From positions 67,983-131,982 of the forward strand of contig JACIXR010000004.1 in NCBI GenBank assembly GCA_014360495.1: 64,000 nt of DNA, given 5' to 3'. The notes under the pieces were generated by a model. It was not told the DNA's origin. It saw only the letters and a list, made by a program, of their open reading frames with translations, and did not search any database. This DNA is from a bacterium. GTDB taxonomy: Bacteria; Armatimonadota; JACIXR01. Below, in pieces: positions 9,286 to 19,278 of the stretch (its first letter is position 1; each line of letters starts with the position of its first letter). The position numbers and the translations under genes are program-made.

Positions 9286-9650
9286 CTACCTATAGCCGTG
9301 ACAAGTGGGGCAGGCGCCATAGGGGGAGTTGAAGGAAAACTTTTTCGGCTCCAGTTCGCCCATACTGAATCCGCAAATCGGACAGGCGAATTCCTCTGAG
9401 AAATAGAGCTCTTCCCCGTCCATCACGCTAACTATCACCTGTCCCTTGCCCATCTTCAAAGCCGTCTCAAGGGAATCGGTTAATCTTCCCTTTATCCCTT
9501 CCCTCAAGACTATCCTGTCAACAATCACCTCAATGTGATGGATTTTGTATTTATCAAGTAGGGGGGATTTCCTCCTCGGCGAGATTTAGCATCTGCCAAT
9601 CTACCCTTGTGTTGCCTTGCGCCTCTGATGATAATCTTGTCCTGGGGCAT
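9286..9650 (-). pseudogene. uvrA: uvrA remnant (N-terminus, internal deletion/frameshift, 3' truncation)
   Basis: ATG 9650 gives MPQDKIIIRGARQH (UvrA start). It then jumps to ...DKYKIHHIEVIVDRIV...RLTDSLETAL...FACPICG...FSFNSPYGACPTCHG and stops. Confidence 0.85.
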
Positions 9651-9667
9651 GGGTTCTCTTTAAATTG

Positions 9668-9695
9668 ATTTTAGCGAAGGGAAGATAAAAGTCAA
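9668..9695 (-). promoter_or_regulatory. Promoter retained upstream of the uvrA remnant
   Basis: TTGACT-N16-TAAAAT. Confidence 0.55.
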
Positions 9696-9772
9696 GATAG
9701 TGGTAATTCCTCGTAGAGGGAGAAGATATTCTCATGGCTTTCAAGAAGGCGTTGTAGTAATGGGGTTTCGTT

Positions 9773-9882
9773 GTCATAGCGTGGGTTGAGTTTTTTGTCT
9801 TTGGGAGCGGTAGCGAAGAAATGATAGAAAGGTGGACAAGAAGAGATTGCCACGGGCTCCCTACAGGAGCCCTCGCAATGAG
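9773..9882. repeat. Degenerate REP/RPE-like palindromic element
   Basis: GTCATAGCG...GAGCGGTAGCGAAGAAAT...GAGATTGCCACG-GGCTCC/GGAGCC hairpin-CTCGCAATGA resembles the GTCATTGCGAG...GAAGCAATC...GAGATTGCCACG...CTCGCAATGAC repeat family. Confidence 0.55.
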
Positions 9883-9894
9883 GGGTAGTATATT

Positions 9895-10443
9895 CTACTT
9901 GTCGGTTTCCTCTTCCTTTTCCGAGCCTCGTTTAGCGAAAGTATAGGCTTCCATTGCGAAAGCGAAGTTTAGAAATCCCCAGAGGAGGAAGAACCAGGGG
10001 ATTTTGAAGGCGAAGGGGATGATAACGAAGATTGCGCCAAGCACTATTCCAGCGATTCCTTTTGATGTATCGCCGTTATACAACTGCCCCAAGCCCGCGA
10101 ACACAAGGGAAAGTAGCCCGGCGATTAAAGGGAATCTTTTCACGGGAGGAAGGTTCAAATCAAATTTTCCCGCTTCCTCGTTTATTTTCAAAACCGTTCT
10201 CGCCAACTTCTTCTCCACTTCTCCCGCGGAGGGATTCTTCTCCAAAGCCTTTTTATAAAATGATAGAGCTTCTTGCAAATCGCCTTGCATTGATTTTATA
10301 TCCCCCATTAACTCCAGAGCGGATGGGTCTTCAGGCTCCTCATTCAGTATCTGTTGGCAGGTGGAGATGGCTTTTTTAATCTCGCCTCTTTTTAGATAAA
10401 GAAGAGCGAAGCGCAGAAGCTTTTCCTTTTCCTCCTCATTCAT
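9895..10443 (-). CDS. TPR-repeat membrane protein (C-terminal TM2-like segment)
   Basis: N-terminal TPR helices; AGLLSLVFAGLGQLYNG..KG followed by TM helices. Confidence 0.75.
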   Translation of the reverse strand: MNEEEKEKLLRFALLYLKRGEIKKAISTCQQILNEEPEDPSALELMGDIKSMQGDLQEALSFYKKALEKNPSAGEVEKKLARTVLKINEEAGKFDLNLPPVKRFPLIAGLLSLVFAGLGQLYNGDTSKGIAGIVLGAIFVIIPFAFKIPWFFLLWGFLNFAFAMEAYTFAKRGSEKEEETDK

Positions 10444-10786
10444 ACCAGATTTCCTCCAATTTATAATATTCCCTCGCCTCAGGGGAGAAAATATGCACTA
10501 TCACATCGCCGCAATCTATTAGAGACCATTTCAAGGCATCTATTCCTTCAATTGAAATTGGAGGGGTGCCGCTTTTCTCAAGGCTTTCCTCCACCGCTTC
10601 TATCAAGGCTCTTGCGTGAGTATCAGATGTAGCAGAGCAAATCACGAAGTAATCCGCAATCACCGTCTTATCCCTGGTTCTGATAACGACTACATCCTCC
10701 GCCTTCTTTTTCTCTAAAATCCTTGCCAATAAACCCGCTTTACCCTTTGGGGTTTTTGGTTTCTTGGAATTCTTCTTTTCCTCCAG
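10436..10786 (-). CDS. rsfS: Ribosome silencing factor RsfS (Iojap)
   Basis: KKAEDV, IADYFVICS, W.LIDCGDVIVHIF and REYYKLEEIW motifs. Probable CTG start at 10786, 7 nt after AAGGAGG. Confidence 0.92.
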   Translation of the reverse strand: MEEKKNSKKPKTPKGKAGLLARILEKKKAEDVVVIRTRDKTVIADYFVICSATSDTHARALIEAVEESLEKSGTPPISIEGIDALKWSLIDCGDVIVHIFSPEAREYYKLEEIWYE

Positions 10787-10840
10787 TTATTCTCCTCCTT
10801 TCTTTTTGGTTTTATTTAAAAAAATTCTATAAAAAACACC

Positions 10841-12001
10841 TCAAGGGGTAAAGTCCTTTCCTAATATAACCGTGAAATCCGCCTTCCCTGGGTTGCCATT
10901 CTTTTTGATTTCACCACAACCCAGGGTTTCCTTTAAAACCCTCGTTGATTCATTTAAGCCATCGGTATGAACCATAATGACAGTTTTATTATGGGAGAAG
11001 CTCTCCGCATTTCCTATATAAACCACGCTGAAGCCGAGCTCTGAGAGCTTTTGCGCCGCTTTAGAAGCTGCTCCGGGAATCCCTCCCCCGTTGAGAACCT
11101 CAACCGTCGGTCCGCTTTCCTGCACGCTGGGATTCAATATCCTCTGGGCTATAAATTGTAAGTCATCAGTATCTGGTTCGTAATAACTAACACCATTTAT
11201 AGTCATTGGTCTTCCCGGCAAAACGGCGGTTTCCACGATGGGCAATTCTTTTCCATATTTCTTGGCGAGAAACAAGAGGTCTGAGAGCGTGAAATTGGTC
11301 TCCACATTTTTGTAAATTTCTTTTAAAAGGAAGGGAAGGCGAGGAAGGACGGCGGGGGAGCGAATTTTGTTCAAGAGCGCGAGGATGAATCTCTGTTGTC
11401 TCTTTATCCTCGCTAAATCGCCGAGGGATTCGTGCCTGAATCTAACGAATCCCATCGCTTGATAACCATTAAGATGCTGATAACCCTTCTTTAAGTTTAT
11501 ATACAAATGTTGCGTGTCGTCTTTATAATGCATATCTCTATCAACATAGATATCTATTCCGCCAAGGGCATCCACTATCTTCTGGAAGCCCTCTACTTTA
11601 ACTTTGACATAATAATCTATGGGAATGCCCAGTAGATTGCTTATCGCTTCTTTCGTAGCCTCTATTCCACTGATAACAATCGCCGAGTTTATTTTATCTT
11701 CTCTTCCCGCCGCCGGAATATATACTCTTGTATCTCTGGGGATGGAGAGAATGAAGCCTTTATTGCTCGCCAAATCCAACGAGCCGACGATTATCGTATC
11801 GCTTCTTCCCTCTCCTTTGGGCATATTTATTCCTTGGTCTTGTCCCACTATGAGGACGGTTATCCTTCCCTGTGGGGAAAAAGAGGTGTTAAGCATGGGG
11901 AGAGGACGTTCGCTTCTGCCGTAGTAATATCCGGCGTAGAAGCTTGCTGGCATCAAAACGAGAACGACTATTCCTATTAGCAGCAACTTCCGCAAATTCA
12001 T
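10841..12001 (-). CDS. LytR-CpsA-Psr (LCP) protein with LytR C-terminal domain
   Basis: N-terminal TM; RSDT, SIPRDT, KIN, RFRH..GD.AR..RQQ motifs; C-terminal VEVLNG.GIPGAA...ILGKD. Confidence 0.92.
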   Translation of the reverse strand: MNLRKLLLIGIVVLVLMPASFYAGYYYGRSERPLPMLNTSFSPQGRITVLIVGQDQGINMPKGEGRSDTIIVGSLDLASNKGFILSIPRDTRVYIPAAGREDKINSAIVISGIEATKEAISNLLGIPIDYYVKVKVEGFQKIVDALGGIDIYVDRDMHYKDDTQHLYINLKKGYQHLNGYQAMGFVRFRHESLGDLARIKRQQRFILALLNKIRSPAVLPRLPFLLKEIYKNVETNFTLSDLLFLAKKYGKELPIVETAVLPGRPMTINGVSYYEPDTDDLQFIAQRILNPSVQESGPTVEVLNGGGIPGAASKAAQKLSELGFSVVYIGNAESFSHNKTVIMVHTDGLNESTRVLKETLGCGEIKKNGNPGKADFTVILGKDFTP

Positions 12002-12597
12002 CTTCCTCCTGTGTACAGATTGTGTTTGTAGATGTAGTTTTCAACTGTGTCCAAGACGAGATATTTTATCGGCTTGCCCTCCTTGACACGCCTGCGTATC
12101 TCGGTTGAAGAGATATTGATTTCCGTAATCTTGAGGAATTCAATGGAGTTATTGTTGATGGGGCGGAGCTTTTCCTTTACTTTCTCAATATCGTAGCCCG
12201 GGCGGGTCACGGCGATGAACTTGCAAAGCTGGAGGATTTCCCTTCCTTGTTTCCATGAAAGAATTTCCGCGATGGCATCAGCTCCCGTTATGAAATATAT
12301 CTCCGCTCCGGGATAGAGTTTGCGGAATTCCTTCACGGTATCAATGGCGTATGAGGGACCGCCCCGTTCTATTTCTATTCTTGATACCTCAAAATAGGGA
12401 TTGGTATAGATGGAGAGGAGAACCATAGCGTAGCGATGTTCGGGATTGGTTACGGGGACATCGGGTTTATGGGGAGGTTGGTAATTGGGGACGAAGATGA
12501 CCTTATCCAAGCCGAAGACGGCTCTCGCCTCCTCAGCGGCGACGAGATGACCTATATGAATGGGGTCAAAGGTTCCTCCCATTATTCCGATTTTCAT
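11998..12597 (-). CDS. nadD: Nicotinate-nucleotide adenylyltransferase
   Basis: GGTFDPIHIGH, FITGAD and ISSTEIR motifs. Start moved to ATG 12597. Confidence 0.95.
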   Translation of the reverse strand: MKIGIMGGTFDPIHIGHLVAAEEARAVFGLDKVIFVPNYQPPHKPDVPVTNPEHRYAMVLLSIYTNPYFEVSRIEIERGGPSYAIDTVKEFRKLYPGAEIYFITGADAIAEILSWKQGREILQLCKFIAVTRPGYDIEKVKEKLRPINNNSIEFLKITEINISSTEIRRRVKEGKPIKYLVLDTVENYIYKHNLYTGGR

Positions 12598-12606
12598 ATT
12601 ACTATA

Positions 12607-12635
12607 ATTATCTCTTAGTTTGACTTTATCGTCAA
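12607..12635 (-). promoter_or_regulatory. nadD operon promoter (probably leaderless)
   Basis: TTGACG-N17-GATAAT, 9 nt before the ATG, no SD. Confidence 0.5.
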
Positions 12636-12705
12636 TATCGTATGTTTCCAAATTCATTGCTAAGAAGAAGATTCCTCCTTTATTGAAGTTAGGTTAAAAA
12701 ATTTG

Positions 12706-12733
12706 TTGACAAAATCACAAGTTGTGCTATAAA
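12706..12733 (+). promoter_or_regulatory. trp operon promoter
   Basis: TTGACA-N16-TATAAA with an extended TG. Confidence 0.75.
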
Positions 12734-12747
12734 TTAAGTAAATAAAA

Positions 12748-12822
12748 ATGAGTACCCCCTTCGTTGTTGCTATTATTTGGCAGTGGCAATGGACGAAGGG
12801 GGCGTATCCGCAGGCTGAATAA
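12748..12822 (+). CDS. trpL: trp leader peptide (24 aa, MSTPFVVAIIWQWQWTKGAYPQAE)
   Basis: Short ORF with three TGG codons between the promoter and an intrinsic terminator upstream of trpE. Confidence 0.85.
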   Translation: MSTPFVVAIIWQWQWTKGAYPQAE

Positions 12823-12943
12823 AATTTTTCAGCCACGGGTATGCCCCCCAAGCGGGCATTACCCGTGGCTGAACGGGTAGCCCTCCTTAATTCCCCCCAA
12901 CCTTAATAAGCCACGGGTAATAAAGCCCGTGGCTTATTTTTTT
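12755..12943 (+). promoter_or_regulatory. Ribosome-mediated transcription attenuator of the trp operon
   Basis: Mutually exclusive helices: 12755-12802 hairpin; 12798-12819 with 12828-12848; 12828-12846 with 12854-12873; 12858-12870 with 12909-12921; terminator 12905-12938. Confidence 0.85.
12905..12943 (+). terminator. Intrinsic terminator of the attenuator
   Basis: AATAAGCCACGGG/CCCGTGGCTTATT perfect 13-bp stem followed by a T7 run. Confidence 0.9.
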
Positions 12944-12958
12944 AAGGAGGTGACTACA

Positions 12959-14395
12959 TTGGAGCCTGCGAAAAACGAGTTTAAAAAATTGGCAAAACAG
13001 TTTGAGTTAATCCCTGTATGGGATTCCTTCCTCTATGACGAGGAAACGCCGATTTCCCTGTTCAGGAAGTTAGCGGGAAAAGAAAGATATGCATTCCTCT
13101 TGGAGAGCGCCGAAAGGGGTGAGGTGCTGGGAAGATATTCCTTCATAGGCTATAAACCGACCTTTGTCTGGGAGACAAGGAACGGAGAAGACCCTCTGAA
13201 GCCCCTGCGTCAACATGTTCTCTCCAAGAAATCTCCCTTAATAGAAGGCTTGCCTCCTTTTCTCGGTGGTGCAGTTGGATTCATAGGGTATGACGCGATA
13301 AGAATCTGGGAGAGATTGCCGAGTTGGGGGATTGATGACCTCCGCCTACCGACCTCAATTATGATGCTCTTCCATACCGTTCTCATAATAGACCATCTTA
13401 AGAGGGACCTGACAATCGTCAGGATGGTTGAGGTGGAGGATGATGCTGATTCAGCTTATAACCGAGCGAGGGACAGCATAGATGAGCTTAAAAGGATGTT
13501 GTTGAGTCAGGGAAGGAATTCCAATGGAGTTGTCTTGGAAAGGGGGAAAAGAACTATGGGAGAAATAGAAACGAGCATAAGCGATGAGGAATTCATAAAG
13601 GCGGTTGAGCGGGCAAAGGGCTATATTGAGGCAGGTGATATATTCCAAGTCGTTCTCTCGCGTCGTTTCGCCCTTCCCTTTGAGGGAAATCCCTTTGATG
13701 TCTATCGCATACTCCACAGCATAAATCCTTCCCCTTATATGTTCTATTTAAAGATGGGGGATTTGGAGTTGGTGGGTTCCTCTCCGGAGGTAATGGTGAG
13801 GGTACAGAATGGGGTTGTGACGCAGAGGCCGATAGCGGGAACGAGACCGAGGGGAAGGACGCCTGAGGAGGATAAGCGGTTAGAGAGCGAGCTTCTCGCT
13901 GATGAGAAGGAGAGGGCGGAGCATCTAATGCTCGTTGACCTCGCAAGGAACGATGTAGGCAAAGTCTGCGAGTATGGGAGCGTTGTTGTGCCTCGTTTTA
14001 TGGTGATTGAACGCTATTCCCATGTTATGCATATCGTTTCCTATGTTGAGGGGAAGTTGAGGGAGGATAAGGACGCTTTGGATGCTCTCCAAGCTTCCTT
14101 TCCCGCCGGCACTGTTTCGGGAGCGCCCAAGGTAAGGGCTATGGAGATAATTGAGGAATTGGAGCCAGTGAGAAGGGGACCATATTCAGGCGTTGTGGGT
14201 TATCTCAGCTTCAACGGCAATTTGGATACCTGCATAACAATCAGGACGGCGGTTTTCCATAGAGGGAAGGTTTATGTGCAGGCGGGAGCGGGCATCGTGG
14301 CTGATTCCAATCCCCAGAGGGAACTTCTGGAAATAGAGAATAAGGCAAAGGCATTGATAAAGGCGATAGAAAAGTATCAGGAGGGAGAGCTATGA
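12959..14395 (+). CDS. trpE: Anthranilate synthase component I
   Basis: [40 protein letters not shown] and [10 protein letters not shown] motifs. TTG start after AAGGAGGTGA. Confidence 0.97.
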   Translation: MEPAKNEFKKLAKQFELIPVWDSFLYDEETPISLFRKLAGKERYAFLLESAERGEVLGRYSFIGYKPTFVWETRNGEDPLKPLRQHVLSKKSPLIEGLPPFLGGAVGFIGYDAIRIWERLPSWGIDDLRLPTSIMMLFHTVLIIDHLKRDLTIVRMVEVEDDADSAYNRARDSIDELKRMLLSQGRNSNGVVLERGKRTMGEIETSISDEEFIKAVERAKGYIEAGDIFQVVLSRRFALPFEGNPFDVYRILHSINPSPYMFYLKMGDLELVGSSPEVMVRVQNGVVTQRPIAGTRPRGRTPEEDKRLESELLADEKERAEHLMLVDLARNDVGKVCEYGSVVVPRFMVIERYSHVMHIVSYVEGKLREDKDALDALQASFPAGTVSGAPKVRAMEIIEELEPVRRGPYSGVVGYLSFNGNLDTCITIRTAVFHRGKVYVQAGAGIVADSNPQRELLEIENKAKALIKAIEKYQEGEL

Positions 14396-14961
14396 GGATA
14401 CTGCTGATAGATAATTACGATTCCTTTGTTTATAACTTGGCACAGTATCTGGGAGAGTTGGGATGCGAGCTGGTTGTTTTCCGCAACGACCAAATATCGC
14501 TGGATGATGTAGGGGAATTGAAACCAGAGGCAATAGTGATATCGCCTGGTCCGGGAAGACCTGAAGATGCCGGCATCTGCGTTGAGGTGATAAGACGCTA
14601 CGGGGGAAGGATTCCCATCTTCGGCGTTTGTTTGGGTCATCAGGCGATTGGCTACGCCTTTGGAGGGGATATCGTGAAGGCGAGGAAACTGATGCACGGG
14701 AAGGTCTCTCTCATTCACCACAATGGAAAAAGCGTTTTCAGCGGTATTCCTTCTCCCTTTTTCGCCACTCGCTATCATTCCTTGGCGATTAAAAGGGAAA
14801 GCCTCCCATCTTGTTTGGAGCTCCTCGCTTGGACTGATGATGGAGAGGTGATGGCGGTAAAACACAAGGATTTCTACATCGTGGGGGTGCAATTTCACCC
14901 TGAATCAATAGCAACTCAATATGGCAAGGAAATTTTGAAAAACTTTTTGGAAAGGAGGTAA
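14392..14961 (+). CDS. trpG: Anthranilate synthase component II (glutamine amidotransferase)
   Basis: IDNYDSF, SPGPG, GVCLGHQ, RYHSL and QFHPES motifs. Confidence 0.97.
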   Translation: MRILLIDNYDSFVYNLAQYLGELGCELVVFRNDQISLDDVGELKPEAIVISPGPGRPEDAGICVEVIRRYGGRIPIFGVCLGHQAIGYAFGGDIVKARKLMHGKVSLIHHNGKSVFSGIPSPFFATRYHSLAIKRESLPSCLELLAWTDDGEVMAVKHKDFYIVGVQFHPESIATQYGKEILKNFLERR

Positions 14962-14966
14962 GAAAA

Positions 14967-15995
14967 ATGAAACATGTTTTGGAAAAGCTTTTGGATAAGC
15001 GGAATCTCGCTATGGAGGAGGCTTATGGGGTAATGAGCGATATAATGGAGGGGAAGACGACACCAGCGCAAATCGGGGCGTTTCTCATTGCTTTGCGGTT
15101 GAAGGGCGAAACTGTTGATGAGGTATCGGGCTTCGCTCAGGCGATGAGGGATAAGGCATTGAGATTGGAGTATCCAGGAAATCTGTTGGATACCTGTGGA
15201 ACTGGCGGAGACGGGATGGGAACTATAAACATATCAACTCTCTCCGCTTTCGTCGTAGCTGGTGCGGGAGTGAAGGTGGCTAAGCACGGAAACCGTTCCG
15301 TATCCTCGCTCTGTGGCAGCGCCGATTTGCTGGAGGGGTTGGGCGTTAAAATTGATATTCCTCCCTCTACGGCGAAGAGATGTTTGGATGAGTGCAATTT
15401 CTCATTTCTCTTCGCTCCCCTTTATCATCCTGCTATGCGCTATGCAGCTGGTGCGCGGAAAGAGATTGGGGTTAGAACGGTTTTCAACATCCTTGGTCCC
15501 TTGACGAATCCCGCAAGGGTGAAAAGACAATTGCTTGGAGTGTTTTCCCCCTCTCTGACATCCTTTATCGCCTCTGTATTGGGAAGGTTGGGGGTGGAAA
15601 GGGCTATGGTTGTGAGTAGTTTGGACGGAATGGATGAAATCTCCGTTTCTGCACCTACGAAAGTGAGCGAGCTAAGGGATGGGACGATTTTGGAATATAC
15701 GATAGAGCCTGAGAGGCTTGGTGTTAGAAACCATCCCTTGGAGGAACTAAAGGTTAAAAGCAAGGAGGAAAGCGTAAGGATAGCGGAGGAGATATTAGCT
15801 GGCGAGAGAGAAGGGGCGGTTATGGATGCTGTGCTTATCAATTCGGCTGCCGCTTTAATCGTTGCGGGAATGGCTGATGATTTAAAGGGGGGAATGGAGA
15901 TAGCGAGGGAGTCCATTAGGATGGGATTAGCGATGAGAGTATTGGAAACTCTGCGGAGAATAAGCGAGGAGGAAAAGAGAAATGGGAATCCTTGA
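14967..15995 (+). CDS. trpD: Anthranilate phosphoribosyltransferase
   Basis: DTCGTGGDG, NIST, KHGNRSVSS and RTVFNILGPL motifs. Confidence 0.97.
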   Translation: MKHVLEKLLDKRNLAMEEAYGVMSDIMEGKTTPAQIGAFLIALRLKGETVDEVSGFAQAMRDKALRLEYPGNLLDTCGTGGDGMGTINISTLSAFVVAGAGVKVAKHGNRSVSSLCGSADLLEGLGVKIDIPPSTAKRCLDECNFSFLFAPLYHPAMRYAAGARKEIGVRTVFNILGPLTNPARVKRQLLGVFSPSLTSFIASVLGRLGVERAMVVSSLDGMDEISVSAPTKVSELRDGTILEYTIEPERLGVRNHPLEELKVKSKEESVRIAEEILAGEREGAVMDAVLINSAAALIVAGMADDLKGGMEIARESIRMGLAMRVLETLRRISEEEKRNGNP

Positions 15996-16746
15996 GGACA
16001 TAATCTCGGCAAAGAGAGAGGAGATAAAATTTCTTAAGTCCGTTCCAATTTCCTTCCCCTCTTTCGTCCTTCCCAGGCGAGATTTTAAATTAGCCCTCCA
16101 ATCAGATGAAATTTCTATAATCGGGGAATTGAAGAAGTGCTCTCCATCGGCGGGAATTATAAGGGAGGATTTCGTTCCCGAGATTTTGGCCAAGGAGATG
16201 GAGGAAGGAGGGGCAAAGGCTTTATCGGTTTTAACGGATAATAAATTTTTCTGTGGTTCTCTTGGTTACATCCCTGGTGTCAAGCTCAAGACGAATTTGC
16301 CGATAGTAATGAAGGATTTCGTGATTGACGAATTTCAGATAGAGCTCGCTCACAAATTGGGAGCGGATGCAGTTCTTTTAATTGCTCGCTGTTTGAAGAG
16401 AGAAGAGGTTAAGAGGTTTTTGGAAATCTCAAGAAGATACGGAATGCATTGCTTGGTTGAGATTTTTGACGAGGAGGATTGGGAGAAGATTAAAGGATTG
16501 CCTTTAGAGATAGTGGGGATAAACAGCAGGGATTTGAGAAGCTTCAATGTTAATTTTGAAAGGATTATTCAGCTTAAAGATTTGCTACCCAAGGATATTC
16601 TGATTGTGGCGGAGAGTGGAGTTAGAGAGAGGGAGCAAATTGAGAGGTTGAGGGAAGCGGGGGTAAAAGCGGTTTTAATTGGGGAGGCATTGATGAGGGC
16701 TAAGGATGTTAAGGCTAAGTTAAGGGAGCTGATGGGAGAATGTTGA
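15982..16746 (+). CDS. trpC: Indole-3-glycerol phosphate synthase
   Basis: ELKKCSPS, LSVLTD, KDF, GINSRDL and AESG motifs. Confidence 0.96.
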   Translation: MGILEDIISAKREEIKFLKSVPISFPSFVLPRRDFKLALQSDEISIIGELKKCSPSAGIIREDFVPEILAKEMEEGGAKALSVLTDNKFFCGSLGYIPGVKLKTNLPIVMKDFVIDEFQIELAHKLGADAVLLIARCLKREEVKRFLEISRRYGMHCLVEIFDEEDWEKIKGLPLEIVGINSRDLRSFNVNFERIIQLKDLLPKDILIVAESGVREREQIERLREAGVKAVLIGEALMRAKDVKAKLRELMGEC

Positions 16747-17333
16747 GGGTTAAAATTTGCGGGATAACGAATTTGGAGGATGCGCTTATGGCTGTGGAGT
16801 TGGGAGCAGATGCACTGGGTTTCATATTCGCCGATTCTCCAAGGAGAATTGATAGGGAGAAAGCGAGGAAAATCATTTCAAAGTTGCCGCCTTTTATAAC
16901 AGCTGTTGGCGTCTTTGTGAATGAGAGAAGGGAGTTAGTGGAGGAAATAGCTAATGAATGTGGGTTGGACGCGCTGCAATTTCACGGTGAGGAAACTCCC
17001 GATTATTGTAGTCAATTCAGGAAGAAAGTTATAAAGGCTTTTAAGATTAGGACAAAAGATGACTTGGAGAGATTGAGATATTACGATGTGTCCGCATATC
17101 TTTTGGATAGTTCGGTGAGGGGCACTTCTTTTAATTGGGACTTACTGATTGGCTTTCGTTCGGAGAAGCCAATCATTTTGGCTGGCGGATTGAATCCAGA
17201 TAATATAAGCTCCGCTTTGAGCAAATTCCTTCCCTATGGTATTGATGTATCAAGCGGAGTTGAGGAATATCCTGGTAAGAAGGATAGAGAGAAATTGAAG
17301 AAGTTTATGGAGGTGATAAAGAAATGGCGATAA
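16740..17333 (+). CDS. trpF: Phosphoribosylanthranilate isomerase
   Basis: VKICGIT, QFHG.E, LAGGL and DVSSGVE motifs. Confidence 0.96.
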   Translation: MLRVKICGITNLEDALMAVELGADALGFIFADSPRRIDREKARKIISKLPPFITAVGVFVNERRELVEEIANECGLDALQFHGEETPDYCSQFRKKVIKAFKIRTKDDLERLRYYDVSAYLLDSSVRGTSFNWDLLIGFRSEKPIILAGGLNPDNISSALSKFLPYGIDVSSGVEEYPGKKDREKLKKFMEVIKKWR

Positions 17334-18490
17334 AGGGCTATTTCGGAGAATTTGGAGGGAGATTTGTCCCCGAGACCCTCGTTCCCGCTCTTGAAGAGTT
17401 GGAAAATGCCTACGAGAGGCTAAGGAATTCAAGCGAATTCAAAGCCAAACTCCAGTATTATTTGAGAAACTATGCGGGAAGACCTACTCCCTTGTATTTT
17501 GCTGAGAGGCTTACAAGGGAGCTTGGTGGTGCGAGAATTTATCTAAAGAGGGAGGATTTGCTTCATACCGGTGCCCATAAGATAAACAACGCGATTGGGC
17601 AGGCTCTCTTGGCGATGGAAATGGGGAAAAGAAGGATAATAGCTGAGACGGGGGCTGGTCAGCACGGCGTAGCCACAGCCACCGTATGCGCCCTATTCGG
17701 ACTGGATTGTGTCATCTATATGGGAGAGGAGGATATGAGGAGGCAGAAATTGAATGTCTTTAGGATGAAGCTTCTGGGGGCGGAGGTCGTTCCCGTAAAA
17801 AGCGGCTCAAGGACTCTAAAAGATGCGATAAATGAAGCGCTGAGGGATTGGATAACGAATGTGGATACGACCCATTACCTTCTAGGCTCGGTCGTCGGTC
17901 CTCATCCCTATCCAACGATAGTGAGGGATTTCCAATCCGTGATTGGAGAGGAAACGAGGAGGCAAATCTTGGAGATTGAGGGCAGACTTCCCGATTATCT
18001 CATAGCGTGTGTGGGAGGAGGAAGCAATTCCATAGGTTTTTTCCATCCTTTTTTCAATGATAGAGAGGTTAAGTTCGTAGGGGTGGAAGGCGGTGGAAAT
18101 GAAAGGGGGCATTCGGCTTCCTTGGGGAAGGGTAGGGTAGGGGTTTTGCACGGTAGCAAAACTTATCTACTTCAGGATGAGAAGGGGCAGATAATGACTA
18201 CTCACTCAATTGCGGCGGGATTAGATTATCCCGGCGTTGGTCCCGAGCACGCCTTCTATAAGCAGATAGGGAGGGCTGAATATGTGGCTGTATCGGATAG
18301 TGAAGCTCTTGAGGCTTTTGAGATTTTATCCCGCCTGGAGGGGATAATTCCTGCCCTTGAAAGCGCCCATGCGATTGCATATTGCCTGGAATTAGCCCCC
18401 AAATGCCCAAAGGATAGCGTGATAATCGTCAATCTCTCCGGAAGAGGCGACAAGGATTTGAGCGAGATAATGGAGGTGATGGAGAGATGA
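17324..18490 (+). CDS. trpB: Tryptophan synthase beta chain
   Basis: [28 protein letters not shown] and NLSGRGDKD motifs. Confidence 0.98.
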   Translation: MAIKGYFGEFGGRFVPETLVPALEELENAYERLRNSSEFKAKLQYYLRNYAGRPTPLYFAERLTRELGGARIYLKREDLLHTGAHKINNAIGQALLAMEMGKRRIIAETGAGQHGVATATVCALFGLDCVIYMGEEDMRRQKLNVFRMKLLGAEVVPVKSGSRTLKDAINEALRDWITNVDTTHYLLGSVVGPHPYPTIVRDFQSVIGEETRRQILEIEGRLPDYLIACVGGGSNSIGFFHPFFNDREVKFVGVEGGGNERGHSASLGKGRVGVLHGSKTYLLQDEKGQIMTTHSIAAGLDYPGVGPEHAFYKQIGRAEYVAVSDSEALEAFEILSRLEGIIPALESAHAIAYCLELAPKCPKDSVIIVNLSGRGDKDLSEIMEVMER

Positions 18491-19275
18491 ATAGGATTGA
18501 TTATCTGTTTAAGGACAATAAATTCGCTCATATTTTCTATTTAACTGTGGGCGAGTTTCCCATTGAGGAGGAATTGGAGATAATTCATGCCTTGACCGAA
18601 AGCGGCGCGGATTGCCTTGAATTGGGAATACCCTTTTCCGACCCCCTTGCCGATGGAGCGACCATCCAAGAGGCTATGCAGGAGGCTCTCAAGAGAGGAA
18701 CTTCTTTGAAGGACGCTTTGGTGTTCGTAGAGAGGATAAGGGAAAGCTCCGATATACCCCTTCTCTTGATGGGCTATTACAATCCATTCTATCAGTACGG
18801 AATAGAGAGGATTTGTAGAGATGCGAGGGAGAGGGGAGTGGATGGATTCATAATACCCGATTTGCCACCAGAGGAAGCGAAAGAGCTAGTGGAACACGCC
18901 AATAGATACGATTTGCGCACTGTCTTCCTTTTGGCTCCAACAAGCAATGAGGAGAGATATAGGATAGTTGGTTCAGCGACGACGGGGTTCATTTATTATG
19001 TTTCCGTGAAAGGGACTACGGGGGAGAGAGATGAATTGCCAAGGGATATAGAGGAGAAGGTTCCGAGGATAAAGGAGATAACGGGCAAGCCCGTAGTGGT
19101 TGGATTCGGGATTTCCAAGCGGGAGCACGTTAAATGGCTAAGGAGATTCGCTGATGGAGCTGTGATAGGCTCTGCCCTCCTTCGCCTTTTAAAGGAGCAC
19201 AGAAATGATAAAGAGAGGATGTTGAAAGAGGTGAGGCGATTTGTCTCCGACCTCTGCAAGGATGATGCTATTTGA
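18487..19275 (+). CDS. trpA: Tryptophan synthase alpha chain
   Basis: [22 protein letters not shown] and GSA motifs. Confidence 0.97.
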   Translation: MNRIDYLFKDNKFAHIFYLTVGEFPIEEELEIIHALTESGADCLELGIPFSDPLADGATIQEAMQEALKRGTSLKDALVFVERIRESSDIPLLLMGYYNPFYQYGIERICRDARERGVDGFIIPDLPPEEAKELVEHANRYDLRTVFLLAPTSNEERYRIVGSATTGFIYYVSVKGTTGERDELPRDIEEKVPRIKEITGKPVVVGFGISKREHVKWLRRFADGAVIGSALLRLLKEHRNDKERMLKEVRRFVSDLCKDDAI

Positions 19276-19278
19276 GAG

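Noticed and set aside
12716-12726. CACAAGTTGTG palindrome in the trp promoter spacer (also TGATAT-N3-ATATCA at 51851-51865)
   Set aside because: Short single occurrences, not distinguishable from chance.
12660-12851. 63-aa minus-strand ORF over the trp leader
   Set aside because: Antisense shadow of the promoter, leader and attenuator; no recognisable protein.
12735-12945. T-box riboswitch or TRAP site upstream of trpE
   Set aside because: No AAGGTGGYACC T-box motif and no (G/U)AG repeat array; the leader peptide explains the region.
12929-12958. Track GTG start for trpE
   Set aside because: It lies within the terminator stem; the SD places the start at TTG 12959.
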